Shown one piece after another: positions 1 through 13,500 of a stretch of DNA of 64,000 nucleotides (the first letter of the stretch is position 1; each line of letters begins with the position of its first letter). Origin of the DNA: Podarcis tiliguerta (lineage: Eukaryota); NCBI GenBank assembly GCA_965153285.1, contig OZ229118.1; one strand, written 5' to 3'. The notes beneath the pieces are model-generated. The model was not told where the DNA came from, ran no database searches, and saw nothing but the letters and a program-made list of their open reading frames with translations. A program made the translations under genes and the position numbers.

Positions 1-946
1 TTCATAATTATTTATTAGTTTGTATTCCAAGCATCCTTTCGTGGCAATTACTGCACCTTTTCAGACCGTATCATTAGAAATGATATTTTGCCACATTTTT
101 CCAGTTTTGCAACTTTATTCCCAGATGTGGTAGAGCCTATTGTGCTCTCTGCCTGTGTCAGAACAGTCTGGGTTGCACAGCTCTGTTTTCTCAGGTATCA
201 TAAATAAATCAACCAGAAGTAATTGATAGTGGCTGTCCGTTCAAAAACAATCAATGGTAGTCTGCAAGTCTTTTGTGACACATTCTTAAAATGTCAGTTT
301 CATTGCAACCAGCCAATCAATAAGTTTATTTAAAGAGACTTTAAGAAATAACAAATGACTTTGTTAGCTTAAACTAAAAATGAATAAGTGTGAGAGATCC
401 ATATATATATACCCAACAAATATAAGGAGCTTAACCTAGGAGGTGAAAATCTTGGGGGAAAATATCTTAGATTCCTATAGATTTATTTATTTATTTTAAT
501 CTAGAGCTAGTTGCTTTCTTTTCACACTGTAACTTCCACATGGAAAAGTTGGTTAACAACAATAATTAGGATTCAGGGCATGGATCCTTGAAATAAATAC
601 TATGATTAAGGAGAAGGATTTTTAAGCCAACTGTCAGTATGGAAGAAAAGGAGCAGTTTGCACTTTATCATGTACTTAACATTTGGTAATTTTACACAAG
701 TTGCTTCTGTGTTAAGGTTGTGTTTCTGTGGCCCTTCCCATTCTGGCTACTTCCCATACTACCCAAGTTAACTACTGTTATATATTTGCTGAGGAACAGG
801 TGCTCTAATGTGTAGCAGGTGCTTCTAATGCATTCAGCGATTGAATGGAGCAGCCAACTTGTTGCCCTCCAGGTATTACTGGACTACAACTCGCCTTAAC
901 TGCAGCCACCATGGCCAAGGTTTAGGGTTGTTAGAAGTTGTAGTCT

Positions 947-1327
947 TGGAACAACAATGAACTAAAAACAAATCCCTGTGTTTTAATAAGAACCAATCAC
1001 AACAATACAAACACAACACGTAGGCTAATAGTTAATAGAAAATATATAATAGAATAATGATATCATTCAAATTATAGTCTTTTCGTTGCAACTTTTGAAA
1101 GACCATTGAGAGACTTTACTTTGGAAACTTTTGAGATGTCTTCTGTTGAAACTTTTGAAAGACTATTGTGAGACTGTCTTTAGACATCTGTTTTGAACAC
1201 ATAGCTTGACGGTACTCACTACCACTCTGTTATATTGTACATATGAACTTTGATTGGCTTACTCCTATAATTCTATTATATATTTTATACTATTAGCCTA
1301 CGTGTTGTGTTTGAATTGTTGTGATTG
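947..1327. mobile_element. Unclassified insertion with a 13-bp TSD and an internal ~60-bp inverted repeat
   Basis: gaagttgtagtct at 934-946 and 1328-1340; inverted arms at 993-1055 and 1270-1328. It interrupts a gactacaact...agttgtagtc MITE-like host (~850-1370). Confidence 0.7.
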
Positions 1328-2935
1328 GAAGTTGTAGTCTGGCAATATCGGGAGGACATAATGATGACTTTCCCAATGATTAAACACACACCTTGCAAAG
1401 CAGCCTTCTTGAAACACTAGGTTTCTTCCGAGTAAACAAGGATATCCAATTAATTCAATTAAAGGGTCAAAGCATTTCAGTTTAATGCTGTTCAGAGGTT
1501 CATTCTGAAATCAGTAGATGACAGTATGATTGTCACAGTTCAAGGAACAATAACTGGCTTTATAACTGGCTTGGATGAATTAGTGATTTTATACACTTAC
1601 TTAAATAGAACGTAATTGAGTGGTGTCTAAAGTATGAAAGAAGAGCGCCAGTTTTTATAGAAGTTGTTCAGAAGCGTCTTGGTGGAGCTTGCCAAGAAGG
1701 GGATCAGGAGGGGCAGCACTGTTGGAACTGTGCAGGTGCACAACAGGACTGCCAGATTAGCTTTCCCGGTGCACCTGCACAGCCCCAACCTCATCATCTC
1801 TTTGCTTCTCCTCCTCCAGTGAAGCAGTGGTGATCGTAAGCATCACTGCTGCTGGGATCGTAAGCATTGCCAGGATGCAAGCAATGCAACCCTTCCTACA
1901 TGGTGGACTGCTTTAGTGGTTGTACAGCCATAATAAACATTTAGTGTGGAAATAAAATTATGGGCAAACACCACTTCAGAGTGGTCAGAACTGGGCAACG
2001 TATTTACTGGATGAGTACAAAATAATCAATTTGAGCTGTGATTGCTTCAGTGGTGGGAATTTGAGGTACTTAGGATATAGTAATAAATCATAATAATTTT
2101 GCTGATTGATTGATTGATGCTCACTTTTTGAGATTTCACAGTGCTTCTTGTGTAGTAACTCCATGAAACAACCCTTTAGCATAGATTTTTATTATTATTA
2201 TTCCCATTGCTGATAGGATGCTGAGTCTGAGGATAGTAGCTAGGTTCAGGCTAAGAAGAGATTTCCCAGTTCACCCTATTAGCCTTTACCTTTCACCAGA
2301 ACTTGACCTAGTTTTTCCTAATTTGGAGTGTAAAATAGTAAGTAATGCACACAGCAACTAAAGATTGTCTCTAATTTTGGCATATTTAATACTGTTCTGT
2401 CTAAGCCTCTGATAACCTATTTGTTGCTGTTAATAAAACATAGTGCTTTTGACAGCTATGTTATCTCTTAAAGCTGATATAGTGTTTTCCATTATCAGTG
2501 TCTCTATTTGTAGCTCTTCTTAAGAAGAAATAAATAAAATAATGAGTCACTGAGTTGTAGGGGGATCGACTGCCATTGATTGCTACCATCATGTGGTTAC
2601 CTCTAGGTGACTATTCTTATACTGCTAGTTGTGTGCAAAAGTTAATCTTGTTGGCTTTCCTTCAGCAAAGTATATAAAATCATCTGTCTCAGTGACTGAG
2701 TATAGCCATGAAAATGTACTCCTGGTAGCATACAGGTCAGGATGTTGGCATGCAAGCAGCATATTACGGGAGCTGACACAGGAACTGTGTGTTCCACACT
2801 ACACTACTTCAAAGATTAACTGTTGAAAATACTTCAGGCACTGAAGCTTTAATTTAGTAACTTTTAAAAGGCTATAATCAATGCAGCACTACGTAGATGG
2901 ATAATATGTACATTTTGTGCAATTTCCCCTTGCAG

Positions 2936-3146
2936 TATGACTTTGTGGAACTTTTGGATGGTAGCCGATTGATTGCAAAGGAACAGCGCAACCTTCTTGA
3001 GGCAGAGAGAGCAGGTAGACAGGCAAGGTCTGTCAGTCTTCATGAAGCAGGTTTCATCCAGTATTTGGATGCTGGGATCTGGCATCTGGCTTTTTATAAT
3101 GATGGGAAAAATGCAGAACAAGTGTCTTTTAATACAATTGTCATAG
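2936..3146 (+). CDS. TENM3: TENM3 exon, pre-EGF extracellular region ([12 protein letters not shown]...SFNTIVI)
   Basis: Acceptor cccttgcag, donor ATAG|gtaaga; 211 nt, phase 0 to 1. Confidence 0.95.
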
Positions 3147-3593
3147 GTAAGAATTGCATTCACTGTGTTCGTTTACAAAAGTTGCAAGCTGAACTATTCT
3201 CTAATATTTTCTTCTTTGTTGGACAATCTTGAGTATTTTGCAGAAAATCTGTTTTGATGGAACACAGTTGTGTCAAAATCTGACTTACTTGAAGTGTACT
3301 AAAATATTTATGACATGTTGTTATGCTCTGATATCAAAGTATAAAGATCTTGTAATAATTTTATTAAAATAGAATTTTGTTAGAAGTTACTGCTTTAACA
3401 TTCTACAAGTAATTCAAATGAATTAAGCTCTATTTACATTCTCAAAGGCAGTAAACAAGCTAAGCACGCACACTCCTAAAAGTGTCTTAATTTGCTATCA
3501 TTTACAAGTGATTTAAATAAGAGTTCTCTTCTGTTTTTGCTAACTGCTGTGATTGCAGGGTATTAGAATTTCTCTTCTTACGGTTCCTTTCAG

Positions 3594-3695
3594 AGTCTGT
3601 GGTGGAATGCCCCCGCAATTGCCATGGAAACGGAGAGTGTGTATCAGGATCATGCCATTGTTTTGCTGGATTTCTAGGCCCTGATTGTTCAAGAG
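3594..3695 (+). CDS. TENM3: TENM3 exon, EGF1 ([34 protein letters not shown])
   Basis: Acceptor ttcctttcag, donor AGAG|gtata; 102 nt, phase 1-1. Absent from the ORF track, translated by hand. Confidence 0.95.
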
Positions 3696-3872
3696 GTATA
3701 TAAATTGAATTCCTTTCTTAAGTCAATACAAATACAGAACAGAAATACAAGTAGTTACTAGAGCAGCAAGAAAAAGGAACTGAAGTACAACTTGTTGTCT
3801 AGATGTTCCTCTGCTTCTAAAGCTTGATTGAAAAGAATTGTGTTAAGTCTTCTGTCATGTTTTATTTCACAG

Positions 3873-4067
3873 CAGCCTGCCCAGTATTGTGCAGTGGCAA
3901 TGGGCAGTACTCCAAAGGACGCTGTCTTTGCTACAGTGGCTGGAAAGGGACAGAGTGTGATGTGCCTACCACCCAGTGCATTGACCCTCAATGCGGAGGT
4001 CGTGGGATTTGCATCATGGGCTCTTGTGCCTGCAACTCTGGATACAAAGGAGAAAACTGTGAGGAAG
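3873..4067 (+). CDS. TENM3: TENM3 exon, EGF2-3 ([13 protein letters not shown]...GENCEE)
   Basis: Acceptor ttcacag with tandem CAGCAG, donor GAAG|gtaaa; 195 nt, phase 1-1. EGF2 has Tyr in place of Cys3, leaving the teneurin dimerisation cysteine unpaired. Confidence 0.95.
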
Positions 4068-5154
4068 GTAAATATATAAACATTTACTTAGGATTTGACT
4101 GTAATTCTTCAGAAGTGCTTTGCTACACTATTATGTTCTAGGCCCTAAATATAATACCAAATAAATGCAGATGCTAGCACATTTTCGATTTAATGAAAAC
4201 ATCTCTTTTATATGCATATCATTCACATTCAGAATCTTTCAAGCATATTAAACATAGGATTTAGAATATCTTTCTTGGACTGTAGACTTTAGTTTCCTTA
4301 ACTATTGAATGTGTAAATACATTTTAATCTCTTAGCTTGTGAGCTTGATCTTCTTTGTTACATCACTGAGCTAAGATGGGTAGGAAAGAAAAAAGATAGT
4401 TTGACAAAAGACTCAGTATTTTCACATAGTAGAAGAAATTGCATGTACTGAAAATCTCCTACATAAACTACATTCCTGAAAGTGCTAATTCAAATCCTTC
4501 ATGTTGAAAAACAGTACAGAATTTTTCTGTTGTGGTGGTGTAAATAACTATGATAGCCTTTCCTCTGTGCTGATATTTTTTTCAGATGGAAAAAAACCCA
4601 CACGTTTCCATTCTCAATCAGATTGATTTTATTGATCTGCACATACAAAGTAATACAATTAAGTCTCTGGAATTAAATTTTCAGACCATTGACCCTACAA
4701 GTGTAACGTTTTATTGAGTCAAATTGCTAAATTAAATCTCGTCAACTAAAGCACATTAAAGTGAATTAAGAAAGATAGAGGGTATGCAAGTCATTTATTT
4801 CCTAAACAGGCTGATGGTGGTACACAGCTGTCACAACACAGGAACAGCAGAGTCTACTAAGACAGTCTATTCATATGCATGGTCTTTGGGCAACAGAACT
4901 TCCCCTAACTTGTATTCATTTCAGTAGCTACCTTCAGATGATTTCAAACCTGTTTCCTTTGTTCTGAATATTGCAGTAAAGCCATCTTCACTCTGCCCTG
5001 GTATAACTCAAAAGATTAATTCATAAAGAGTATTCTTCCTTTCTAGCTAATGACCAAATCTGTATATAGTATGCACATGCACATCTCTATGCTAGAACAG
5101 GGAAAGGCCTATTTTCAACAAGGTTTAAATTTTGGAACAAATTAAGCAGCCATA

Positions 5155-5500
5155 GTAAGAGAAGACATGATAGAGGTGTATAAAATTTTGCATCTCCATA
5201 TCTCAGAACACTAGACCTTGTAGATAACCAAAGTAGCTGAATGTTGAACTATTAAGAACAGAAACAGCACAAAGTTAAACTGTGGAATTAGCTTTCACAA
5301 GAAGTGGTGGTCACCAACTTGGATGGCTTTAAAAGAGGATTAGAAAAATTCATGAGGATAAGGCTACTAGCCATAATGTTTATGTTCTTCCTCCACTATC
5401 AGAGACAAGTTGTCTCTAAATTCCCATTGCTGAAAATCACAAGTGGGGAGAGTGCAGTTGCAGTCGGCAGCTGCTTTCAGGCCTTGCATGTGCATCTGGC
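5155..5500 (+). mobile_element. CR1 LINE 3' fragment (degenerate)
   Basis: gacatgatagaggtgtataaaat (DMIEVYKI) and ttggatggctttaaaagaggattagaaaaattcatg, typical of the CR1 ORF2 end; boundaries approximate. Confidence 0.75.
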
Positions 5501-6068
5501 TTCTTGGCTAGTTAGGCATGGAACTTGCAGGTATTAGAAAATATGTAGGCACATATATTGGGAATGTAAAGGGGAATTCTAGCTTCTAAGGCTGCAATTC
5601 TAGCCATGTCTACTTAGAAATAAGTTCCATGAATTAAGTGGGTCAGTGGGGTTAGGATGGCAGCCTGTTGCATTTTGTTTTGTTTGCTTGCCTTTATGAT
5701 TTGAAGCTTGCTTTTTTTAATGAGAGCTAAAATAATCATCATTTTTTGTTAGTAAGCCCTGTTCTGCAGCCCCTGCCACAATTACAGCCAGGTCTTTTTC
5801 TAGACCTTCTGATGATTAAAGCGTGTACCTCTATTGATTTTTGCTGCTGCGTTCTGTTAACTTGTAGTTAAAGTAAAAGGAGCATAGCGAGGAATTGAAG
5901 GTTTCTTCTGCTTTGTACTCTCTTCTTTTTCAGAGCCTAATAGGAGCATTATACAGATCACTGAATTGCTGTGCTTCTTTACTCATGTGTAAGAATGAAT
6001 ATACTGTAGCCTAATTCATGGGAAATAACGATAGAACTCATAGATGCAAAACTGTCTTCCCGTTTCAG

Positions 6069-6269
6069 CTGATTGTTTAGATCCAGCCTGTTCAAATCAT
6101 GGTGTGTGCATCCATGGAGAGTGCCATTGTAACCCAGGATGGGGTGGGAACAACTGTGAAATTCTGAAGACTATGTGTCCAGACCAGTGCTCTGGCCATG
6201 GCACGTATCTTCAAGAAAGTGGCACATGCACTTGTGACCCTAATTGGACTGGTCCTGACTGCTCCAATG
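6069..6269 (+). CDS. TENM3: TENM3 exon, EGF4-5 ([12 protein letters not shown]...GPDCSN)
   Basis: Acceptor cgtttcag, donor AATG|gtaagg; 201 nt, phase 1-1. EGF5 GHGTY shows the Cys-to-Tyr substitution. Confidence 0.95.
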
Positions 6270-7636
6270 GTAAGGACTTTTTTTTTTTTTAAGAAATCTG
6301 TTTGCTGTAACTGTTCATATTGGGCAATATTCTAGAACGATACTATATTTCGGTCCCAGTGTAGCTAAAGGCTATAAGCAATGCAAGCAAAAAACATGTA
6401 GGAATACTTAACTGAAATTGGCCATAGATTGATAGCAGATTGCCACCACCAAGACTTGATTCATTTCATTTCATTCATATATTTCCACACCGCTTTTTAC
6501 CCACATGAGTCTCAAAGCAGCTGACAAACAATATGTAGCAATAACATTACAATTGCAACATAAATCATATAGAATAATTAACAAATCAACAGTAAAATCA
6601 TTTCATTTATTAATACGGGAGTGAGCCAAGTTCACGTCATGTATGCCTGACCACATGTGCAAAAGTGCCTCACATTCTGCATAGACTTGAAGGTTTTCTA
6701 TTAAACAAACCTCTGCAAATTTCTTCTTCACTTGAAAGATGGTAGTGCAGTCTTTTTGCTGAGGTACCAGCCTGCAGCACTATAATAACAAACTTAATAT
6801 TGTACCTTGTGATGTCACAGTAAGTCAGTGGTAGCACCTTATGATGCTTAATGTTTATTTTCTGGCTTAGCCAGTTTATATATATATATCCAAGTGCCAT
6901 TTATGCTCCCACCAGATGGTGGCTGCTGAGTTTACCAAACCATAATGCTGCCAGGGTCCTACAATGGCACTATTCTTTGGTAGGCCCTACAGCCTGGCTG
7001 CAGGAGTGTTGGTGGCCTGGCTGCCAGAGAGTGACAGAAGCTGAGGGTAGCAGTGCAGTGGCAAACAGGCCAAGGGTCAACACCCCTGAGAATAACTAGG
7101 CTGACATTAGTCACCACAACATTCCTTTCTTTTCTTTTAAATCATCTTTTTATAACCAGGTGTGGTGAAGCTACAGCTTCACTGACCATCATCGTTTCCC
7201 CCCAAATGACTCTGGGCCCCTGCAGGTTCGGAGGCATTGGAAGGGGATTGAACATGGTGGGTATGGTTGGAGCATCACTGTGCCACTCACTGGTTGCCCA
7301 ACCTCCACATGTTAAGTAATAATAATGGAAGGAAACATGACCTTTTCCATTCTTATCACTGCCTGGTAAGGGAGGGGGTGGAGGTGGGAGGAAGAGAAAA
7401 GGATTGCAGTAGGATGGTGTGGAAAGAGCAGCAGACTGGCAAGTCAGGGTGATGCAGTGTCCGTGGAATGGTGGCGCTCATGGAGGAGCAGCCAGGGCAA
7501 TATTCCATGGCTGCTGGTGGTGGTGAGTGGGTGGCTAAAGAGCTGATTGTGCTCCAGAACCATTGAAACATAGATTAATTACTTTGCTCCTTATTCTCCA
7601 AATGTTTCAAATAACCTGTAGATAATCAGTATAAAA

Positions 7637-7986
7637 GGGACGTGGGAGGCGCTGTGGGTTAAACCACAGAGCCTAGGACTTGCTGATCAGAAGGTTGGCG
7701 GTTCGAATCCCCGCAACGGGGTGAGCTCCCATTCCTTGGTCCCTGCTCCTGCCAACCTAGCAGTTCAAAAGCACGTCAAAGTTCAAGTAGATAAAAAGGT
7801 ACCGCTCCGGTGGGGAGGTAAACAGCGTTTCCGTGCACAGCTCTGGTTCGCCAGTAGCAGCTTAGTCATGCTGGCCACATGACCCGGAAGCTGTACACTG
7901 GCTCCCTTGGCCAATAAAGCGAGATGAGCACCGCAACCCCAGAGTCACCCATGACTGGGCCTAACGGTTAGGGGTCCCTTTACCTT
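7637..7986 (+). mobile_element. Sauria SINE, full length
   Basis: tRNA-like head with a ggttcgaatccc B-box and an (acctt)t tail; TSD taatcagtata at 7623-7633 and 7987-7997. Confidence 0.92.
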
Positions 7987-10337
7987 TAATCAGTATATAC
8001 ATGTTCCTAATTAAAAAATTGTTTTGCTAAGATTCTAAGAGGAAAAGGAAAAGTTGTTTTGCTCCACCCAAAGGTTTAGCGGGGGGGGGGGGGGGCGTTT
8101 AAAATCAACTTTGCTTTCCTCTGTCTTCATCAGCAGTTTGTCCATTAATTAGCCCTCCAATTCCTCTTCAGTTAAATTAACTCTAATTAATAAGTTCATT
8201 ACAAAGACTGACGCACCTTGCTTAAAGCAAGTGTGCTAGAAGCTGATAAACACCTCCACTCTAATGAAAAATTGATTAGATGGAAGACAAAAGGTGGGGC
8301 CTCTGAAATAAACCTTTTCCTCCCAGAGCAGGGTTGATGTTTTGAAGTTAATCCAGCCAAGATCTCATAATAAATAAATACATCATTTAGTTCAAAGTAG
8401 ATATAAAAAGATTATATGAGAAACTCTCTTGGCTCCCACACCTTCTAGCGCATAAAATGTGTCACAAGTCTTGATAGTATGTTTAATGTTCTACAGCTCT
8501 TTGAGATACAGCAATGACTTCTCAGGGGAAGGATCCTTTTCAGCTTCTTTATTATTACATTCCCATTTCAATATCTATCACAAATAATTTCTGATCTTTG
8601 TTTCCAGAATTGCTTTTTCTGCTGTTTCTTTCTTTCAGGAGACAGAAGTCATATAATATTCTTATGAAACATCTTATGGCTGTGCCAGCTTTGTTCTAAG
8701 AGTCTTAAACTATATCCCTTAAGCTATGTTTTTCCTCCTCGTATTAGCGCCACAGAAAACTATTCCCTGAAAAAAAGAAGGAGAGATAAATGCAAACTGT
8801 AATAGACTGGAGTACTACTTCACACCTTGTATTCAGCTTGAGAATAAAGTGTTTTATGTAGCTTAGAAAACACTTTATTATTTTAGCAATCACAGTGCAT
8901 TTTCACAAGATGACAAATAAGGAACTGAATACTGTAGATGAAAAGTGACCAGCCTACCTCCCACATGCGGCCTTTCCCCTAATTTCATGCGGCCCTTGGC
9001 CTAATGTCATGCAGGTAACAAGGATGGAGATAATGGGAGGAATGAGGATGGCAGAGTGAGAGAACATGGCAAACAGAGTGAAAGAAAAAACAGGTGGCTT
9101 CATCCACTTTTGGCCCAACCCTACCCACCGCTTGCATGTGGTCCCCAACAGATTACCCCTGAGGATATGCGGCCCTCCACAGAAAAAAAGTTTCCCACCC
9201 CTGTTGTAAATAATGGGTTAAATGGTCAGTTGATACTGTTTGGGGGTTTTTGCATACCACATAGCAATTGTCACAACCAATCTGGCAGTTAGGGCATTGG
9301 GTTGGATCCTTAGTCTAAGCAGGAAGGAGATTGGAAGTCCCAGCCCCCACTCCAGTGGATCAGGGTACTCTGTTAGAGGGGTCCTAGGGGCAGTGCTTGT
9401 GTCCAGATGTCCAGATGTAGGTCATAGGGTGATCCTTAACCCAGAGGTGACCCTGCCAATCAGTCATCCAGCAGTCAGGTTGGATGGTTCTGGATTCACT
9501 CGCAATGCCTATGCCAAAACTACCCAGTCAGAACACACAATATTTTGGGCTCAAGGATAGACACACACATACAAAATGCATCCATCTTGTGTTAATGTTC
9601 CACACAATAACTATACTTACTTGTGGGCTTGGGAGTGTAGTTACATTAAGTTGCCACAATAGGGCAGAGAGTAGGAAAGAGATTTATCTCAGTGCCCTTT
9701 CTTTCAACAATCATGAGGATTTCAAGAATGGAAACACTTAATTTCAAGGTTGCATTAAATAATACATTAGACTGACAATTTCAGGAACAGAAGTGCTGGA
9801 GATCATAGAACGGAAATAGACAAAAGGAATAGCTGTTTTTACTCTCTCGATGGAAGACTTTAGGCTTAACACTGGTAGAATCAAAACATTAACATGATAT
9901 TGTTGTATCTTTATTTTTCTGTGGGTTAAAGCAAGATTTTCTGCTATAGCTACTATTAGTTTTCAGTGCATATGATCTCAATGCTCAGTAAGAATATTAC
10001 ATAAATCCTCATATGTGTAAGAACAGGTAAGTCTTAAGATATATGTGATTAGGAAATCTAATTTTAAAATACTCAAAGCTAACTGAAGAAAAGCTGTGGT
10101 AGATAGACATCACTAAATCTCCTGGGCAACTAATAGAGCATTAGCTAAGATGTAGATTCCCCAACCTCTTGAGAGCTTCCTGAAAATGCTTTTATAGTAA
10201 CTTTTTAAATTACATTTTCAAAGGGTTTGCCTTCCTCTGTGATCAGGTTGGATCAGGAATTTGGCTAATTATTGTGTTCTTTCTCACCCCCACCCCAACC
10301 CCATCATCCTATCTCCTGCTGTTTATTTCTGATGCAG

Positions 10338-10523
10338 AAATCTGTTCTGTTGACTGTGGCACACATGGCGTCTGCATGGGTGGAACTTGTCGTTGTGAAG
10401 AAGGCTGGACTGGCCCATCCTGCAGTCAGAGAGCATGTCACCCTCGGTGTGCTGAACATGGAACATGTAAAGATGGGAAGTGTGAATGCAGCCAAGGCTG
10501 GAATGGCGAGCACTGCACGATTG
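10338..10523 (+). CDS. TENM3: TENM3 exon, EGF6-7 ([11 protein letters not shown]...GEHCTI)
   Basis: Acceptor ctgatgcag, donor ATTG|gtaggc; 186 nt, phase 1-1. Confidence 0.95.
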
Positions 10524-13500
10524 GTAGGCTAACTGTGCTTTAATATTATTCTTCAATACTGAACTTAAAAAGCCAGAGGTCCTGACCTTGTCTGAATCAG
10601 AAATTTAGCACTTTGAAGCCTGTTCCTTCAAATGGAATATTTTCACTTGTCAGTTTGTGTAAAGAAATTGTTACTTTAAAAAAAGAAGAAGAAATGATTA
10701 TATGATGGATCATCAATCCTTTATAGCTATCTCACCCCAGATGGAAGGGGCAAGAATCTCTATTCAATTTTTTCTTGGTTTTCTCTACACATAAGTTCAC
10801 TGACTCCAATGATAACTATTTTAGTATTCTTCCTAATCATTGGATAAATCAGTTCATTTCTACCAGCTTTTCTGATTTTAGCTTGTAGTCGTGCATCTCA
10901 TTTCACCTTTATTAACAAAGGAAACTAAAGAAACATTGTACATGAACATAAAAGCTGGTTTGTTTGCCAGGAAATCTAGCACCCTGAAATAATTTTTGTT
11001 GAGTTTTGTTAGCAGGCATAATGAATTATTTAACATTTCCACAAAGCTTCTGTTTCGACAAATTGAGCAACTTGCTGACTTTCAGCACTTCCTTTCCTAG
11101 GTTTGTTTGCTTTTTTGCAAGCTAGAGCAGAGGCCCTGTGTTTTTGTAGCACACGACTCATTTTTCCTTTACATCCTGCATATTATATGGATATAAAAGA
11201 AAGATGCCTTTTTTCTTTCTTAAAATTTTCTTTCTTAGAGTTCTGTTATGTTTCTTTTCAGAAACCAGTCTTTGACCAAATAACCTTTGATATCTAACTA
11301 AGTTGGATCCATGATAAGTCATTAAAGATCACAAAGAGGACAAATGAAGGAAGACTTTTCATAGTGATCCTTCACATTTGTTTCCATATTTCCTGCTCCT
11401 TTTAAAGTCTATGGTAAAATGGATGTGGGAGACAAAGCCTATCGCTAAGCTTTAGCTTGTCAGCTTGTAATTATTCAGCAAATCACTCTTCTGTTGGCCT
11501 CACCGACCTACATGGATTACAATTATATATGGATGAACTGTTCTTGCACATTTTTTTCCAATGTATTAGACACAACAGGGTTTTTTTCATCAGCATTGGG
11601 AAGGCAGGGGGTTCGACTAGATTTCAAAACTATGTGTTGCCCGTGTATTTATTGCATTACTACTACACTCGTTGTTTTGGATATTTGTTAAGCTTTTAAA
11701 CATTCAAGTGGTTTGGGTAGGGCTTCCATTTTCCTGCAGTGACTGACTAATTCAGCAACAGTTCTAATCCCATATATATCCAGTTTCCCCTTATACATAG
11801 TCATGGTTCCCAATAACTTTCAATCTCACCAATCTCTTTAAACCCTAATGGATGGGGACAGAATTGCAGCTTGCAGCTATGAGAATACCTATGCCAAAAT
11901 GGATTAATTTTATTATAAGTATACTTTGAAATTCCATTTACCAATTTTAAACTTACAGAATACCAAACTTATTGCTTTAATATTGGTGCTAGAGTGTATT
12001 TATTGATGGTAACAACACATAAAAGCTGTCTTGTGTAATATATGCATGCATGTATGTATGTTACAAGAGTAAACTATAATTTCTTAAACATGCAGGTCCT
12101 GCTATCCCCTCGCTGTGCAAAAATTAACTTATCTGAATATAAAGAATTATGCCCAAACCTTGCTGTACACTCTGCAGGTTCAGATATCTGAACAACGGGA
12201 GTCTGCCTACTTTCTTGTTTGTTTGTGCTTTGATGTTTGGCTGCAGACATTTTTGGACAGAAACTGTGCAGAGAGGGAGGGAACAAGATCAGACAAATTA
12301 AGAGAGCAGGAGAGATCAGACAGATCAGTTTTTGTTCTTTGTGAGAGACATGCTGATTGGCTGCAGCCATTTTAGGAAGATACCATGGAGACAGATCTGA
12401 CAAATCCCCAATTACAAATGTTCCCCTAGGAATCAATGAAAATTGTGGACTCGTTATGCAAATGCTCGCCTAATGAACAATTTCCATGGAGCATATACTG
12501 TGTTTGGTAAACGGGAGCTGTGTGTATAAATAAATACAATGATAAAAAGCTTGAAAGGAGAAATGGGTAGAACCAATGAGTTGGATCTCAAGATTCCATT
12601 CTTCCAATGAAAACAGTTTCCCCCCCAACAGAATTAGTATTTTGGATCCAACCTTCTGTTAGTACAGATAAAATAATGTTAGAGAAAAATAAAACCTGCA
12701 TAATGACAATAATGCAAAGTGTATTGTACCCAGCCTTTGTGGTACTCCCAGTAAGTCTGTGATCACTATCCAATAGCAGTAGAAAAAGGAGTCTGCAATA
12801 ATTGTCAAGAGGAATAACTTACACCACCTATATTTCTGAGGGTCTTTGTAATCTTATTACAGGGTTCAAAAGAAAAAAGACTGGAAATAACACAATGCAC
12901 CATGTGAGTTTGTACAGCAATACTAGTCGTACAATCATGATGCTTAATAAAACAAGATACAAGGTGCAAGACAGAAATTCTGTCCAGATTCCAAATGTTT
13001 TAGTCGTGTATGTAGTGTTTAACAGCTAATTCCCCAGCTGTTAGTGTTTCATTTTCAAATTTTCACTGATTGGCTTCCTAATCTCACATCAGCCTTGGTG
13101 TTTAATAGAGGTGCGCTGACCAGCTTGCCTACATTTTTCTTTCTGAACAAAGCATGTCTTTGTGATCATTAATGATCTTGCTTTCCAATGTAGTGAAGAA
13201 ATAAAAACAAATAGCAGGTATTTCGTAGCTTAAAGGAATTACGATTTCCCCTAGGCCAGATTTCCATTTGAATTGCCTGCATCTACATGAAAATCAATGT
13301 AACTCAATAAACAGCTTGGTGTTTAAAGCACTATTAGCAGAGAACACCTCAAAGGACTACCTTTCCTTAAACTGGAGAGATGGGATTTTTGGGGGGCTTC
13401 TAAATATGTGCCTGCTGAATACAAATAGAAAGAGTAATTGAAAATTAGGTGGGAAAGAAATGAAACATTTTAAAAAACTAATAGAAGTTCTCAGTGGAAA

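Noticed and set aside
12734-12756. 17-nt cag|...|gtaagt segment
   Set aside because: Weak acceptor, poor exonic donor bases and not frame-preserving.
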